Source: a virus. From it: DNA of 64,000 bases. Where the stretch lies: positions 94,107 to 158,106 of the IMG/VR virus record IMGVR_UViG_3300031251_000003, one strand, 5' to 3'. This document shows, piece by piece, positions 27,421-35,737 of this stretch. Every line of letters begins with the position of its first letter. Within the stretch, counting starts at the first letter, position 1. Below the pieces are notes generated by a model. It was not told where the DNA came from. It searched no databases and saw nothing but the letters and a program-made list of their open reading frames with translations. The translations under genes were made by a program, and so were the position numbers.

Positions 27421-27774
27421 TTGCTGAAATGGCTAAAGTTGCCGATACTAACTGTACTAATCCTAAGTAGTTTGGGAAATCTCAGGACAAACGGCGCTAA
27501 AGCTGTCTCAGTTCGTAGTCTCACTGTTTTAGAGACTGCCTATTGTCTTAGGGGAACTATGGCCAACGGCCACTATGTTCACCCTGGGGCAATAGCGGTT
27601 GATCCAAGAGTTATTCCTATGGGATCTCGTATCTTTGTCCCCGGCTATGGTTGGGGAACAGCAGAGGATACGGGTGGTGCAATTATCGGCTATCATATCG
27701 ATGTATGGATGAGCGATTGCTCACAAGCTATGAGATCTACCCGATGGAATGTACGGATCAAAATTTCACGTTGA
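27421..27774 (+). CDS. Secreted 3D-domain (MltA-like) cell-wall protein
   Basis: TAY, IAVDPRVIPMGS, AEDTGGAI.G..IDVW; AAGGAGG RBS before TTG. Confidence 0.9.
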   Translation: MLKWLKLPILTVLILSSLGNLRTNGAKAVSVRSLTVLETAYCLRGTMANGHYVHPGAIAVDPRVIPMGSRIFVPGYGWGTAEDTGGAIIGYHIDVWMSDCSQAMRSTRWNVRIKISR

Positions 27775-27818
27775 GTGGGAAGGTAACAAATATAGGTGGC
27801 ATTTGGGGCCAAATGGCT

Positions 27819-27911
27819 ATGCCGAAATTACTAGAAGAGTTAGCTAAATGTGATGTTGTTTGTGCTAACTGCCATCTTCGTAGACATCATTCCGCGTTGT
27901 TCGTAGACTAA
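27819..27911 (+). pseudogene. HNH endonuclease C-terminal remnant
   Basis: EELAKCDVVCANCHLRRH, paralogous to the HNH at 17574; stop codon lies inside tRNA-His. Confidence 0.75.
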
Positions 27912-27970
27912 TTGGTTAAGTCCCTACCCTGTGAAGGTAGCCTATACGGGTTCGAATCCCGCCGAACAAC
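27896..27970 (+). tRNA. tRNA-His(GTG)
   Basis: G-1:C73; ctacc-CT-GTG-AA-ggtag. Confidence 0.9.
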
Positions 27971-28037
27971 TCAAGGGGATCTCCTTGATATGCCGTGGTT
28001 CGTCGGTTACGAATTCTTGGAGCAAGATCCCCTCCAT

Positions 28038-28151
28038 GCAGCAGTCGCTTAAGTGGGAAAGCACCTACTGATAAAGAAGTCTCCATGGTTATAGACCGGT
28101 CAAACGGTGGAGATTTGTAGGAGATCATTGGTTCGAATCCAGTCTGTTGTT
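28038..28151 (+). ncRNA. tRNA scaffold with a 48-nt structured insert in place of the anticodon loop
   Basis: Acceptor gcagcag/ctgttgt, D arm, cctac/gtagg stem and T arm are all intact. Confidence 0.75.
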
Positions 28152-28155
28152 CTTT

Positions 28156-28230
28156 GAGAGATTAGCATAATTGGACTAATGTTCCAGGTTGTGATCCTGG
28201 CTAATTTCGGTTCGAATCCGAAATCTCTCT
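28156..28230 (+). tRNA. tRNA-His(GTG)
   Basis: ccagg-TT-GTG-AT-cctgg. Confidence 0.8.
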
Positions 28231-28323
28231 TGCCTTGATAACCCCAGTCGCTTCGGCGGCTCCGAGATAGGCACGGAATGAAACAGACCATTGGGAGCAG
28301 ATGGCTTTAGCCGATCTGTTTTC

Positions 28324-28396
28324 GCCTGAGTAGTGATAACGGTCAGCACACATCCTTGGTAAGGATGGAGTTTGGGTTCGATTCCCAGCTTGGGCT
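28324..28396 (+). tRNA. tRNA-Thr(GGT)
   Basis: catcc-TT-GGT-AA-ggatg. Confidence 0.9.
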
Positions 28397-28397
28397 T

Positions 28398-28529
28398 ATG
28401 AGTAACTTCAAACGCAAGAAATCAAGACGTTCGGTAAAGTGTACCATGTGTACACCATTTAGATGGTTAGGAAATACCAAAGAACGGCGACCCTTTAAAG
28501 ACCGTCGCCAACTTCAGAAGGAGGAATAG
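28398..28529 (+). CDS. 43-aa basic CxxC peptide
   Basis: MSNFKRKKSRRSVKCTMCTPFRWLGN... Confidence 0.55.
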   Translation: MSNFKRKKSRRSVKCTMCTPFRWLGNTKERRPFKDRRQLQKEE

Positions 28530-28531
28530 CA

Positions 28532-29260
28532 TTGGCAGCAGTTGATCAGGCAATCTATGTTATCATCGATGGCAGTGGCTCGATGAGTAGCGTGAAGCAT
28601 GATGTAGTCAAGGGCATTAACGATTTCATTACGGAACAGCAGGACGACATCAAGGGCACACAGGATGTTGTGTTGTTTTCTCTGACATCCTTTGACACGA
28701 ATGTCCAGGAAATCTACGTGAGAGAGAATCTAGAGCTAGTCAATCCTGTCTCTTTGAAGGATACTTACTTGGGCGGTGGTACATCTCTTCTAGATGCTAT
28801 TGGCCGTACACTGACTAAGGCTGAGGATGAACAGGCTGATCGTAACATCGTCGTGATCTATACCGATGGTGGCGAGAATTCAAGTCATGAGTTCACTAAG
28901 ACTCAGGTTGGTGATTTGATCGACAAGCTGACTGGTACAGGAGATTGGCAGATCATCTATCTCGGTGCTGAGTTTGCCGACTTCGCAGAAGATCGTCAGG
29001 GCTTTGGTGCTATTGCTGGTGCCGCAGCGGGTGGTACCTTTACTGGTATGAACACGTCGAAGAATGATGTTGGTGCCACGTTCTCTAACCTGTCCCAGAC
29101 ATCCATCTATTACAGAGGGATGCACACCAATTCTGCTAAGAATCTTGTTGCTCGCGGTGGAGTCGTGGCCGCAGCAGCGGAGGATATTGGCCTTACCTGG
29201 AACGAGGATGACACAACGGTTATTCCGGCCGATGTAGTGGAACCTAAGAAGAAAGCCTAG
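28532..29260 (+). CDS. von Willebrand factor A domain protein
   Basis: MIDAS DGSGSM, GGTSLLDAI, TDGGENSS. Confidence 0.9.
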   Translation: MAAVDQAIYVIIDGSGSMSSVKHDVVKGINDFITEQQDDIKGTQDVVLFSLTSFDTNVQEIYVRENLELVNPVSLKDTYLGGGTSLLDAIGRTLTKAEDEQADRNIVVIYTDGGENSSHEFTKTQVGDLIDKLTGTGDWQIIYLGAEFADFAEDRQGFGAIAGAAAGGTFTGMNTSKNDVGATFSNLSQTSIYYRGMHTNSAKNLVARGGVVAAAAEDIGLTWNEDDTTVIPADVVEPKKKA

Positions 29261-29301
29261 GGGAGAGGACGCCATCTGCTCTCTAAAAAATGATGGCACT
29301 A

Positions 29302-29372
29302 GCCAGTTTAGTATAGTGGGAATACTCGCCTTTCGTAAGGGCGAAACTAGGGTTCGATTCCCTAATCTGGCT
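29302..29372 (+). tRNA. tRNA-Thr(CGT)
   Basis: cgcct-TT-CGT-AA-gggcg. Confidence 0.9.
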
Positions 29373-29408
29373 CTGCTTATCAGGCGCGTCCCGGTAGCTC
29401 CGGGTTAA

Positions 29409-29480
29409 GAGCGTGTAGTTCAGCGGGAGAACGTCTGGGTGACAACCAGAAGATCGTAGGTTCGATTCCTACCATGCTCA
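29409..29480 (+). tRNA. tRNA-Val(GAC)
   Basis: tctgg-GT-GAC-AA-ccaga. Confidence 0.9.
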
Positions 29481-29548
29481 TACGGCCCTTGTGGGGTCCA
29501 AAACAATACAAATTCTATTTAGATCTGAAAGGGATAAGGTGAATAGAT

Positions 29549-29737
29549 ATGAAGACTCGTTGGATGATTATTCCGACCGTGGTGGCCCTTTTAGGTATGA
29601 TTGTTGTGTTCGTAGTCGGGTATCTTACTTACGGTATTTGGGCCGGTTTCTTTGTTTCTATTCTTTTCGGAGTTATTAGCTTGATTCTTCTCATCTGGGC
29701 TGCTATAATGGATGGAGAAGATAATACGCATGTATAG
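29549..29737 (+). CDS. Small two-TM membrane protein
   Basis: Hydrophobic 62-aa ORF with RBS. Confidence 0.6.
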   Translation: MKTRWMIIPTVVALLGMIVVFVVGYLTYGIWAGFFVSILFGVISLILLIWAAIMDGEDNTHV

Positions 29738-29800
29738 CAAAGTTGGTATTGCGCTTCCTTGCCATGGAAGAGGCCACGAGTTCGAGTCTCGTTACATGCT
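29728..29800 (+). tRNA. tRNA-Gly(GCC)
   Basis: cttcc-TT-GCC-AT-ggaag. Confidence 0.9.
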
Positions 29801-29804
29801 TTAC

Positions 29805-29876
29805 GCACCAGTAATGTAGTGGTTAACATGACAGTCTTCCAAACTGTATACCAGAGTTCGAATCTCTGTTGGTGCA
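29805..29876 (+). tRNA. tRNA-Gly(TCC)
   Basis: acagt-CT-TCC-AA-actgt. Confidence 0.9.
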
Positions 29877-29880
29877 TCGT

Positions 29881-29953
29881 TGCTCCGTAGATTAGAGGAC
29901 AAATCACTTCCCTGCGAAGGAAGAAATCACGAGTTCGAATCTCGTCGGGGCTA
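29881..29953 (+). tRNA. tRNA-Arg(GCG)
   Basis: cttcc-CT-GCG-AA-ggaag. Confidence 0.85.
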
Positions 29954-29990
29954 TAGTTCAGCTAACACCGATTTATGATATAATAGGTAT

Positions 29991-30317
29991 CTCAGTAGAT
30001 GGACATACGCTGCATCGTGTATCTATCGGTGTAGAGGAAGTTCGGGACATCCTTCTAGGGGAGCCAAGGAACCTAGAGAAAAACGTGCGGCAGTAGTGGG
30101 AGTCAGGTGCATTGGGTAAACCTTCGGGCATAATGCGGTGCTATCACCCTCCTGACGCCTTACCACGAGAATCGGCGGGATGCGATCACAAGCAGATACA
30201 TCAGCTACGATGATATCGGGTAGTGAGCAGCCCTTCGGGGCCAGGGATTGAACAGACCCTGAGATAGATGTATGTCGCCCTTGACAGGGTACAAAATTCC
30301 GGCTATAATCTACTGAA
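29991..30317 (+). ncRNA. rnpB: RNase P RNA (catalytic subunit)
   Basis: P1 tcagtagat/atctactga, P2 gacatac/gtatgtc, CR-I GAGGAAGTTCGGGAC, P5 catcc/ggatg, AGATAGATG, CR-V ACAAAATTCCGGCTAT. Confidence 0.9.
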
Positions 30318-30326
30318 GCAATGTAC

Positions 30327-30398
30327 GGCGATAAGCCTGCGGTGGGCAACTTCTCTCATAAGGAAGTCTGAGGTAAGGTTCGATTCCTACTATCGCTA
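30327..30398 (+). tRNA. tRNA with CAT anticodon (Met or Ile2)
   Basis: cttct-CT-CAT-AA-ggaag. Confidence 0.8.
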
Positions 30399-30400
30399 CT

Positions 30401-30661
30401 ATGAGCAAACACAACAAAACCAAGATCGAAAAGGTACTAAGGAACGAAGTCAACGTACTACGTTTCAAGCCGAAGACAGATCCTAAGGACTCTAAGCCAG
30501 AGAAGAAGATCGGCAAGTTCGCTAACTGGTGTCGTCTTCAGGGTCATCCTGCAACGTGCGGGTGTGCCTATAGCAAGATCGAAATCTCGGCTAAGAACCA
30601 TCCAGTTAGTAATGGAGACTGTGTTAACGGCAGAGACTGCCCTAACCACCCGAGAAGGTAG
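30401..30661 (+). CDS. Basic Cys/His hypothetical protein
   Basis: 86-aa ORF filling the gap between two tRNAs. Confidence 0.55.
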   Translation: MSKHNKTKIEKVLRNEVNVLRFKPKTDPKDSKPEKKIGKFANWCRLQGHPATCGCAYSKIEISAKNHPVSNGDCVNGRDCPNHPRR

Positions 30662-30675
30662 TGTACCCAATCTAA

Positions 30676-30747
30676 TCCCTTGTAGGTTAGAGGATAAACC
30701 AGTGGTTTCCTAAACCACAATCCCGAGTTCGAGTCTCGGCAGGGGGA
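30676..30747 (+). tRNA. tRNA-Arg(CCT)
   Basis: gtggt-TT-CCT-AA-accac. Confidence 0.9.
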
Positions 30748-30749
30748 CT

Positions 30750-30950
30750 ATGAAAAGAAAACTAAAGTGCAGCACTTGTGGCACCACGACAAATACAGCT
30801 ACAGGGAAGCCTTTGTATCTGTTAGGTTCCAGTGATGCGTCTCTAATGCTTCTTCCCGCTGAGATAGAATGTTGGGAATGTGGGGAGAAGAGACGCGATG
30901 CCGATCAGAAGAGAAAGACCTTAGATCGGTACGCTAAGGCAAAATCTTAG
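30750..30950 (+). CDS. Small zinc-ribbon protein
   Basis: CSTC...CWEC. Confidence 0.55.
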   Translation: MKRKLKCSTCGTTTNTATGKPLYLLGSSDASLMLLPAEIECWECGEKRRDADQKRKTLDRYAKAKS

Positions 30951-30964
30951 AATACGGTAAATCC

Positions 30965-31003
30965 AGCCCGGATGAGAGAAAATCTCATCCGGGCTTTCCT
31001 TTT
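30965..31003 (+). terminator. Rho-independent terminator closing the RNA island
   Basis: agcccggatgaga-gaaaa-tctcatccgggct followed by a T-rich tail. Confidence 0.85.
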
Positions 31004-31209
31004 GTGGAAAATGGAAAATACGAGTGCGTAATTAAGGAGAGTACCTTTTGTTTAGTTAAAGTGAGGTCGGGATATGTTAGGTGTGTTAGCTTATGATTGT
31101 GTACAGTGGGCTTGGGTACTGCTTCTTCCTTTCTGGTTAAGTGGGTATGGTGTGGGGTACTGGTTGGGTAGTAAAAAGCGCAAAGAGCGAAAGAGGACGA
31201 GAAACAATA

Positions 31210-31407
31210 ATGTCAAAGGCAGATAGATTTATTCGCAATTCGTTGTTAATTGTTATGCTCGTTCTATGGCTTGCTTCGGCGGTAGATGCTTTCCTAACCC
31301 AGAACTTTACAGGACTAGCATTAATAACGACAGCCGTAACAACCTTAGGAGGAATTTATCTAGGGTTCCAAGGCGGCAAGAAGGATGACAACAAAAATGA
31401 CAAATAA
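31210..31407 (+). CDS. Small membrane protein
   Basis: Two TM helices. Confidence 0.55.
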   Translation: MSKADRFIRNSLLIVMLVLWLASAVDAFLTQNFTGLALITTAVTTLGGIYLGFQGGKKDDNKNDK

Positions 31408-31801
31408 AGCAAAGAGATGGTATAGGGGTGTTGATAAGATTGCGCTTCTCATCATGATCGTGGCCGCTGCTGGTTTCTTGATTTTGTATTTCAGGACTAC
31501 TAACCTGAATTCAGATATTAAGAATACACAGAAGAATCAAACGGCTTTGGTCAAGAAGCAGGCCACTTTAACAAGGTGTATAACCTCGTGGGCTAATGAG
31601 TTTGGTGATCGATCTATCATTCTAAGTGATCTTAGTGTCGATAGACAACAGAAGTTGGATGCATTGATCAGATCCGTAGCGACTGGCAAGGCTGATATCT
31701 TCAAGGCAAAGCTTGCTGATTACATTCACTCTTCGAATGTATACAACACGGCAGCTAAGAAGCATCCGATCCCTTCACCACCGAAGATAGCGTGTAAGTA
31801 A
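31385..31801 (+). CDS. Membrane-anchored hypothetical protein
   Basis: N-terminal TM segment followed by coiled coil. Confidence 0.6.
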   Translation: MTTKMTNKAKRWYRGVDKIALLIMIVAAAGFLILYFRTTNLNSDIKNTQKNQTALVKKQATLTRCITSWANEFGDRSIILSDLSVDRQQKLDALIRSVATGKADIFKAKLADYIHSSNVYNTAAKKHPIPSPPKIACK

Positions 31802-31809
31802 TAGATGTA

Positions 31810-32169
31810 ATGATCAATATTAGTCTTCATACCCTAGACCTGTTAAGGTTCGCGGGCCTGTTTGAGATTTTCTTCTCGATAGGGTTTGTCTTGGCTTCTG
31901 TTAACAAGGTTGCAGATACTTACAAATTCCCGGTGTATATTTGGGGAATGACTTTTTCTTATGTGCTGTTCGCTCTTGGTGGAGCTTCAGAAATACTCGT
32001 AGGATTGGGTCATTCCTTTGATATGATCACCATTTTTGCCATAGTAGGTGCGACGATTTCTATGGCGACTCAGTTGTATACCTTATTCCTCTTGGAGTCA
32101 GAACCTAGGCGGATCACTTCTTTAACCAGTTTCAGAAAGTATAGACCTGAGAGAGTAAGAATAAGATAG
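31810..32169 (+). CDS. Three-TM membrane protein
   Basis: Hydrophobic 119 aa. Confidence 0.55.
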   Translation: MINISLHTLDLLRFAGLFEIFFSIGFVLASVNKVADTYKFPVYIWGMTFSYVLFALGGASEILVGLGHSFDMITIFAIVGATISMATQLYTLFLLESEPRRITSLTSFRKYRPERVRIR

Positions 32170-32209
32170 CCCTTGCACTGATGCCCTATTTGTGGTATCA
32201 TTGTGGTAG

Positions 32210-32515
32210 ATGATCAGCAGGGTTGAGAAAGTAAAAAAGACATCGGCTAATGCGGTTCCACGCTTAGAGGTATATGTCTCCAACTTAACACCTTCTCCCC
32301 TGCCGATCATCGAGCATTTTTCAATGCTTGATGACTCTGAGGCGGCTGAAGAGGATCTAGTGGCCTCGCTCTTGGCCGTTATTGGTTATTCGGCTCAATC
32401 TTTGGAGCTTGGTCGGAACAAAGAACAGATCATCAAACACTTAAGATCAGAGCAGCAGCGGATTCAAATTAAGTATAAGTGTGCGTACATGCGGCTGGGT
32501 TTTGGCGGCTCCTAA
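32210..32515 (+). CDS. Hypothetical protein
   Basis: Follows a TTGCAC-N17-TATCAT promoter. Confidence 0.55.
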   Translation: MISRVEKVKKTSANAVPRLEVYVSNLTPSPLPIIEHFSMLDDSEAAEEDLVASLLAVIGYSAQSLELGRNKEQIIKHLRSEQQRIQIKYKCAYMRLGFGGS

Positions 32516-32549
32516 TAAGAGATAACTGAAGATACGGAGTAAAATTTGA

Positions 32550-34355
32550 ATGGATGAAACTTTCTTTCCCTCAGGATTGGGGGATATTATTTTTAGGGAC
32601 AGATACGCACGAAGTCCTGAAGAGACGTGGGAAGAGGCGTGTCATAGAGTCGCTAGTCATGTTGCCCAAGCCGAAGAAAACGGCAGGGTAAAGAAGTACA
32701 CCGAGAGGTTTTACCAGCAGCTTGTTTCCGGGCATTTTAGCCCTGGTGGACGTATTTGGTATGGCGCTGGAAGACCTAAGGCACAGCTTTGTAATTGTTT
32801 TGTTATACCATCCGGTGACTCCCGAGAAGCATGGGGTAAAACTGCATCAGATACCATCGTTGTCAGTGGCCTTATGGGTGGAGTGGGTATTAACCTTTCT
32901 CCGATTCGTGGTCGTGGCTTCGCTATTAAGGGAACGGGCGGTGTAGCTACTGGTGCTGTTTCGTATGGTCAGTTGATCAACGGTATTGGTGACATCATCG
33001 TTGGTGGTGGTGGTCGCAGAATGGCCCTCATGCTTGCGTTGGCTTTGAACCATCCAGATATCGAAGAGTTTCTTGAAGTGAAGCTCGACAAAGAAGAGCT
33101 TAACAACGCTAATATTTCGCTCATCATCCCCGATAATCTACCGACCGATAAGTTTGTAGAGATGGTAAGAGGTAATGAAGAGATTGAGCTTGAGTTCAAC
33201 GGTGTTCCCACCGGTAAGACTATCAGAGCTAAGTGGCTATGGGACAAGCTGGTCGAAAATGCCTACAAGTCGGGTGAACCGGGTGTTCTTAACGGGTACC
33301 TGGCCAATAGGCAGAACAATATTTGGTATTACAAGGCTCTTGAATGCACTAACCCATGTGGAGAGATCTGGCTAGAGCCGTACGGAGTTTGTGACCTTGG
33401 TGCCTTGGTGCTCCCTAGGTTCGTGGAAGAGGGCCAGTTCAATTGGGATCGATTGGAGGAATCTATTCGTCTTGGTGTTCGATTCCTTGATGATGTTCTC
33501 ACCGTGAACCATTATCCTCTCCCCGAGATCAAGGAGAACAGTGATAACGTTCGACGCCTTGGTATGGGAGTCATGGGTCTTCACACAATGCTTTTAGAAA
33601 TGGGTCTAACCTATGATTCAGAGGCTTCTTTTGCGTTTGTGGATCACTTATTTGACGTGATCAAGAACACCGCTTATGATACCTCTATCAATCTTGCTAT
33701 TGAACGTGGCCCCTTCCCGGCCTACGATCCTAAGTTTCTTGAAGGTCAGTTCGTCAAGGGACTGAAGCGGGGTATCCGTAACAAGATTAAGGAGTACGGT
33801 ATCAGGAACTGTGCTTTAATGACTATTGCTCCTACGGGAACGACATCATTAGTAGCCGGTGTATCCTCTGGCATCGAGCCAATTCCTTCTCCCGTTTATT
33901 GGAGGAATTACTACAAGCCGACCAAGGATGGTAGCCGAGTACTGGATCGGGAGCTAGTCGTAGAAGATGCATTTCATTTGTACCACGATATCGTTCAGTC
34001 TGCTATCGACATCCCCGTAGAGCACCACTTCCAGATGCAGAAGATCGTTCAGAAGCACATTGATAACGCTGTATCGAAGACCATTAACATGGCAGAGGAT
34101 GCCGACATTGAAGCATTTTCTGAGGCATGGTTGAATGCACTTCCTTATCTCAAGGGAACAACGGTTTACCGATTCGGATCTCGTGAGAATGAGCCAATCA
34201 ATCCGGTACCCAGAGAAGAGTGGGATAGTGTAGTTGAGAGTTCAACCACGACTGCGGAAATGACTGTTGATGAGTTTATGCTACAGGATTGTACTAATGG
34301 GAGTTGCGAGGTTGCCTTCAAGAAGTTCGATGAGGGTAAAGTCGCCACAGTTTAA
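32550..34355 (+). CDS. nrdJ: Ribonucleotide reductase, class II (B12-dependent) type
   Basis: FSPGGR, CNCFV, TNPCGE, RRLGMG, IAPTGT, SSGIEP, SKTIN; no NrdB/F gene nearby. Confidence 0.85.
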   Translation: MDETFFPSGLGDIIFRDRYARSPEETWEEACHRVASHVAQAEENGRVKKYTERFYQQLVSGHFSPGGRIWYGAGRPKAQLCNCFVIPSGDSREAWGKTASDTIVVSGLMGGVGINLSPIRGRGFAIKGTGGVATGAVSYGQLINGIGDIIVGGGGRRMALMLALALNHPDIEEFLEVKLDKEELNNANISLIIPDNLPTDKFVEMVRGNEEIELEFNGVPTGKTIRAKWLWDKLVENAYKSGEPGVLNGYLANRQNNIWYYKALECTNPCGEIWLEPYGVCDLGALVLPRFVEEGQFNWDRLEESIRLGVRFLDDVLTVNHYPLPEIKENSDNVRRLGMGVMGLHTMLLEMGLTYDSEASFAFVDHLFDVIKNTAYDTSINLAIERGPFPAYDPKFLEGQFVKGLKRGIRNKIKEYGIRNCALMTIAPTGTTSLVAGVSSGIEPIPSPVYWRNYYKPTKDGSRVLDRELVVEDAFHLYHDIVQSAIDIPVEHHFQMQKIVQKHIDNAVSKTINMAEDADIEAFSEAWLNALPYLKGTTVYRFGSRENEPINPVPREEWDSVVESSTTTAEMTVDEFMLQDCTNGSCEVAFKKFDEGKVATV

Positions 34356-34657
34356 TGGCTAAAGTAGTAGTTTGTGAGACTCTAGTTCGCCCCCGTGAGA
34401 TTCCCATCCCTAGCAGCATCGGGGATGGGACTTACTACATTGTTATAGCAAAAACGATCTTCAATGACTCCGTTTGTGACTGCAAGGGGTTCCAGTTTAG
34501 AGGTACTTGCAAACACGTCACGATGGTTGATGAGGCGATCTGTCAATTTCATAGGCTGCCCTCTGAAATCGAGCTAGAGACGGGAGCAGCCCGTGGTCTA
34601 TGCCCCGATTGTGGAGAAGAACTTCTACTCTACGAATTAGAGCCAGAATTCGATTAA
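34355..34657 (+). CDS. SWIM zinc-finger protein
   Basis: CDCKGFQFRGTCKH. Confidence 0.75.
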   Translation: MAKVVVCETLVRPREIPIPSSIGDGTYYIVIAKTIFNDSVCDCKGFQFRGTCKHVTMVDEAICQFHRLPSEIELETGAARGLCPDCGEELLLYELEPEFD

Positions 34658-34658
34658 G

Positions 34659-34868
34659 ATGTTAAGTGAACGAGAAGTTATTTTTTTAAAAAGCAAAGCA
34701 TTTAATGAACGTAATGATTCTGATGGGGAGGCGGACTGGTTTTATTGGTGTGGATATCTCCATGGGTTAGAAGGACGTTCACCGCATACTATTCCTGGTG
34801 CTAATTATAGGTGGTATGATATGGGATTTTTGGATGCTATAGGAGACAAGGATGCAGAGACAGGATAG
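34659..34868 (+). CDS. Small Rmf/CrpP-like protein
   Basis: GY..G..GRS...W..G..DA..D pattern. Confidence 0.45.
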   Translation: MLSEREVIFLKSKAFNERNDSDGEADWFYWCGYLHGLEGRSPHTIPGANYRWYDMGFLDAIGDKDAETG

Positions 34869-35454
34869 GCTCAGAGAAATAGGTCGGCAGTTTTACGCCG
34901 CCAAGGAGAAGGAGAAGATCTCTTCAACCGAAGTGAAAGAACTTCGGGAGGAATTCTTTCGTCTCTACAATGAAGAGTTCAAGCACAAGGATCATCTCCT
35001 ACCCGTTAAGACCGTCGAAGTCCCTGATGAGTTCTGGACATCTACGGGGATGAACAAGGATGAGTTTGTTGAGTCTAGGTTTCCTGGCTGGCTGGTTGAG
35101 CACGTCGAACGGAATGTTTCGACTAACAATACTACCTTTGTGCTCCGAAAGGATCCCAAATATATAGCAGGAACTATCGATATCGATGACACCGATAAGA
35201 CTATTCGGATCTCTAAAGAAGTTTCCGAGTATACTCCCGAAATCGATTGGAAGACTCTTAAGGAAGAGCGGCCTGATCTTTTTGATAAGCTAGCCCAACC
35301 AATAACCTCTTACGAGATCGATGAAGGGGCTTGGGATAGTATGGTATCTGAGACTCCCGAGGAACTAGCTACCATCCAACGACATATGAACGTGCGCTCT
35401 CCTGTGTTGAGAGCCACGGCTAAGAGGATCAAAGATGCCCGAAAAGATCAGTAA
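34852..35454 (+). CDS. Hypothetical protein
   Basis: 200 aa with RBS, coupled to neighbours. Confidence 0.65.
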   Translation: MQRQDRLREIGRQFYAAKEKEKISSTEVKELREEFFRLYNEEFKHKDHLLPVKTVEVPDEFWTSTGMNKDEFVESRFPGWLVEHVERNVSTNNTTFVLRKDPKYIAGTIDIDDTDKTIRISKEVSEYTPEIDWKTLKEERPDLFDKLAQPITSYEIDEGAWDSMVSETPEELATIQRHMNVRSPVLRATAKRIKDARKDQ

Positions 35455-35737
35455 AGATTCAATCTCGGAAGGGATGTTTGACTGTCCATATAGTCAGCTA
35501 TCCTCCTGGGGTCAGCGGCAAGTAGATACAGCTTGGCATAAGTTCACCAAGGTTCATTCCCCTATTACGGCGCATTTGCCAACCGGACTAGATTCTGCTA
35601 CACTTAGACGAGACAACGAGCGGCTAGCTAGAGAGCTAGAGTCGGCTCGTTTGGAGGTACTAGAATTATGGGACGAAGTAACAGACCTAAAGAACGAACT
35701 AAGCACACTACAAGCGGAATTCAACCCACCTTCATAA
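35435..35737 (+). CDS. Hypothetical coiled-coil protein
   Basis: Heptad-like C-terminus. Confidence 0.55.
   Translation: MPEKISKDSISEGMFDCPYSQLSSWGQRQVDTAWHKFTKVHSPITAHLPTGLDSATLRRDNERLARELESARLEVLELWDEVTDLKNELSTLQAEFNPPS

Noticed and set aside
12170-30747. Many 60-150-aa ORFs in the track overlapping tRNAs or ncRNAs on either strand (e.g. 13829-14278, 24500-25060, 30023-30349)
   Set aside because: They are shadows of tRNA, RNase P or rRNA-like sequence, with no RBS or protein motifs.
12170-30747. Group I/II introns or a CRISPR array in the island
   Set aside because: No P7/J8-7 or domain V motifs were found, and there are no regularly spaced identical repeats; the recurring GTTCGA motifs are T loops.
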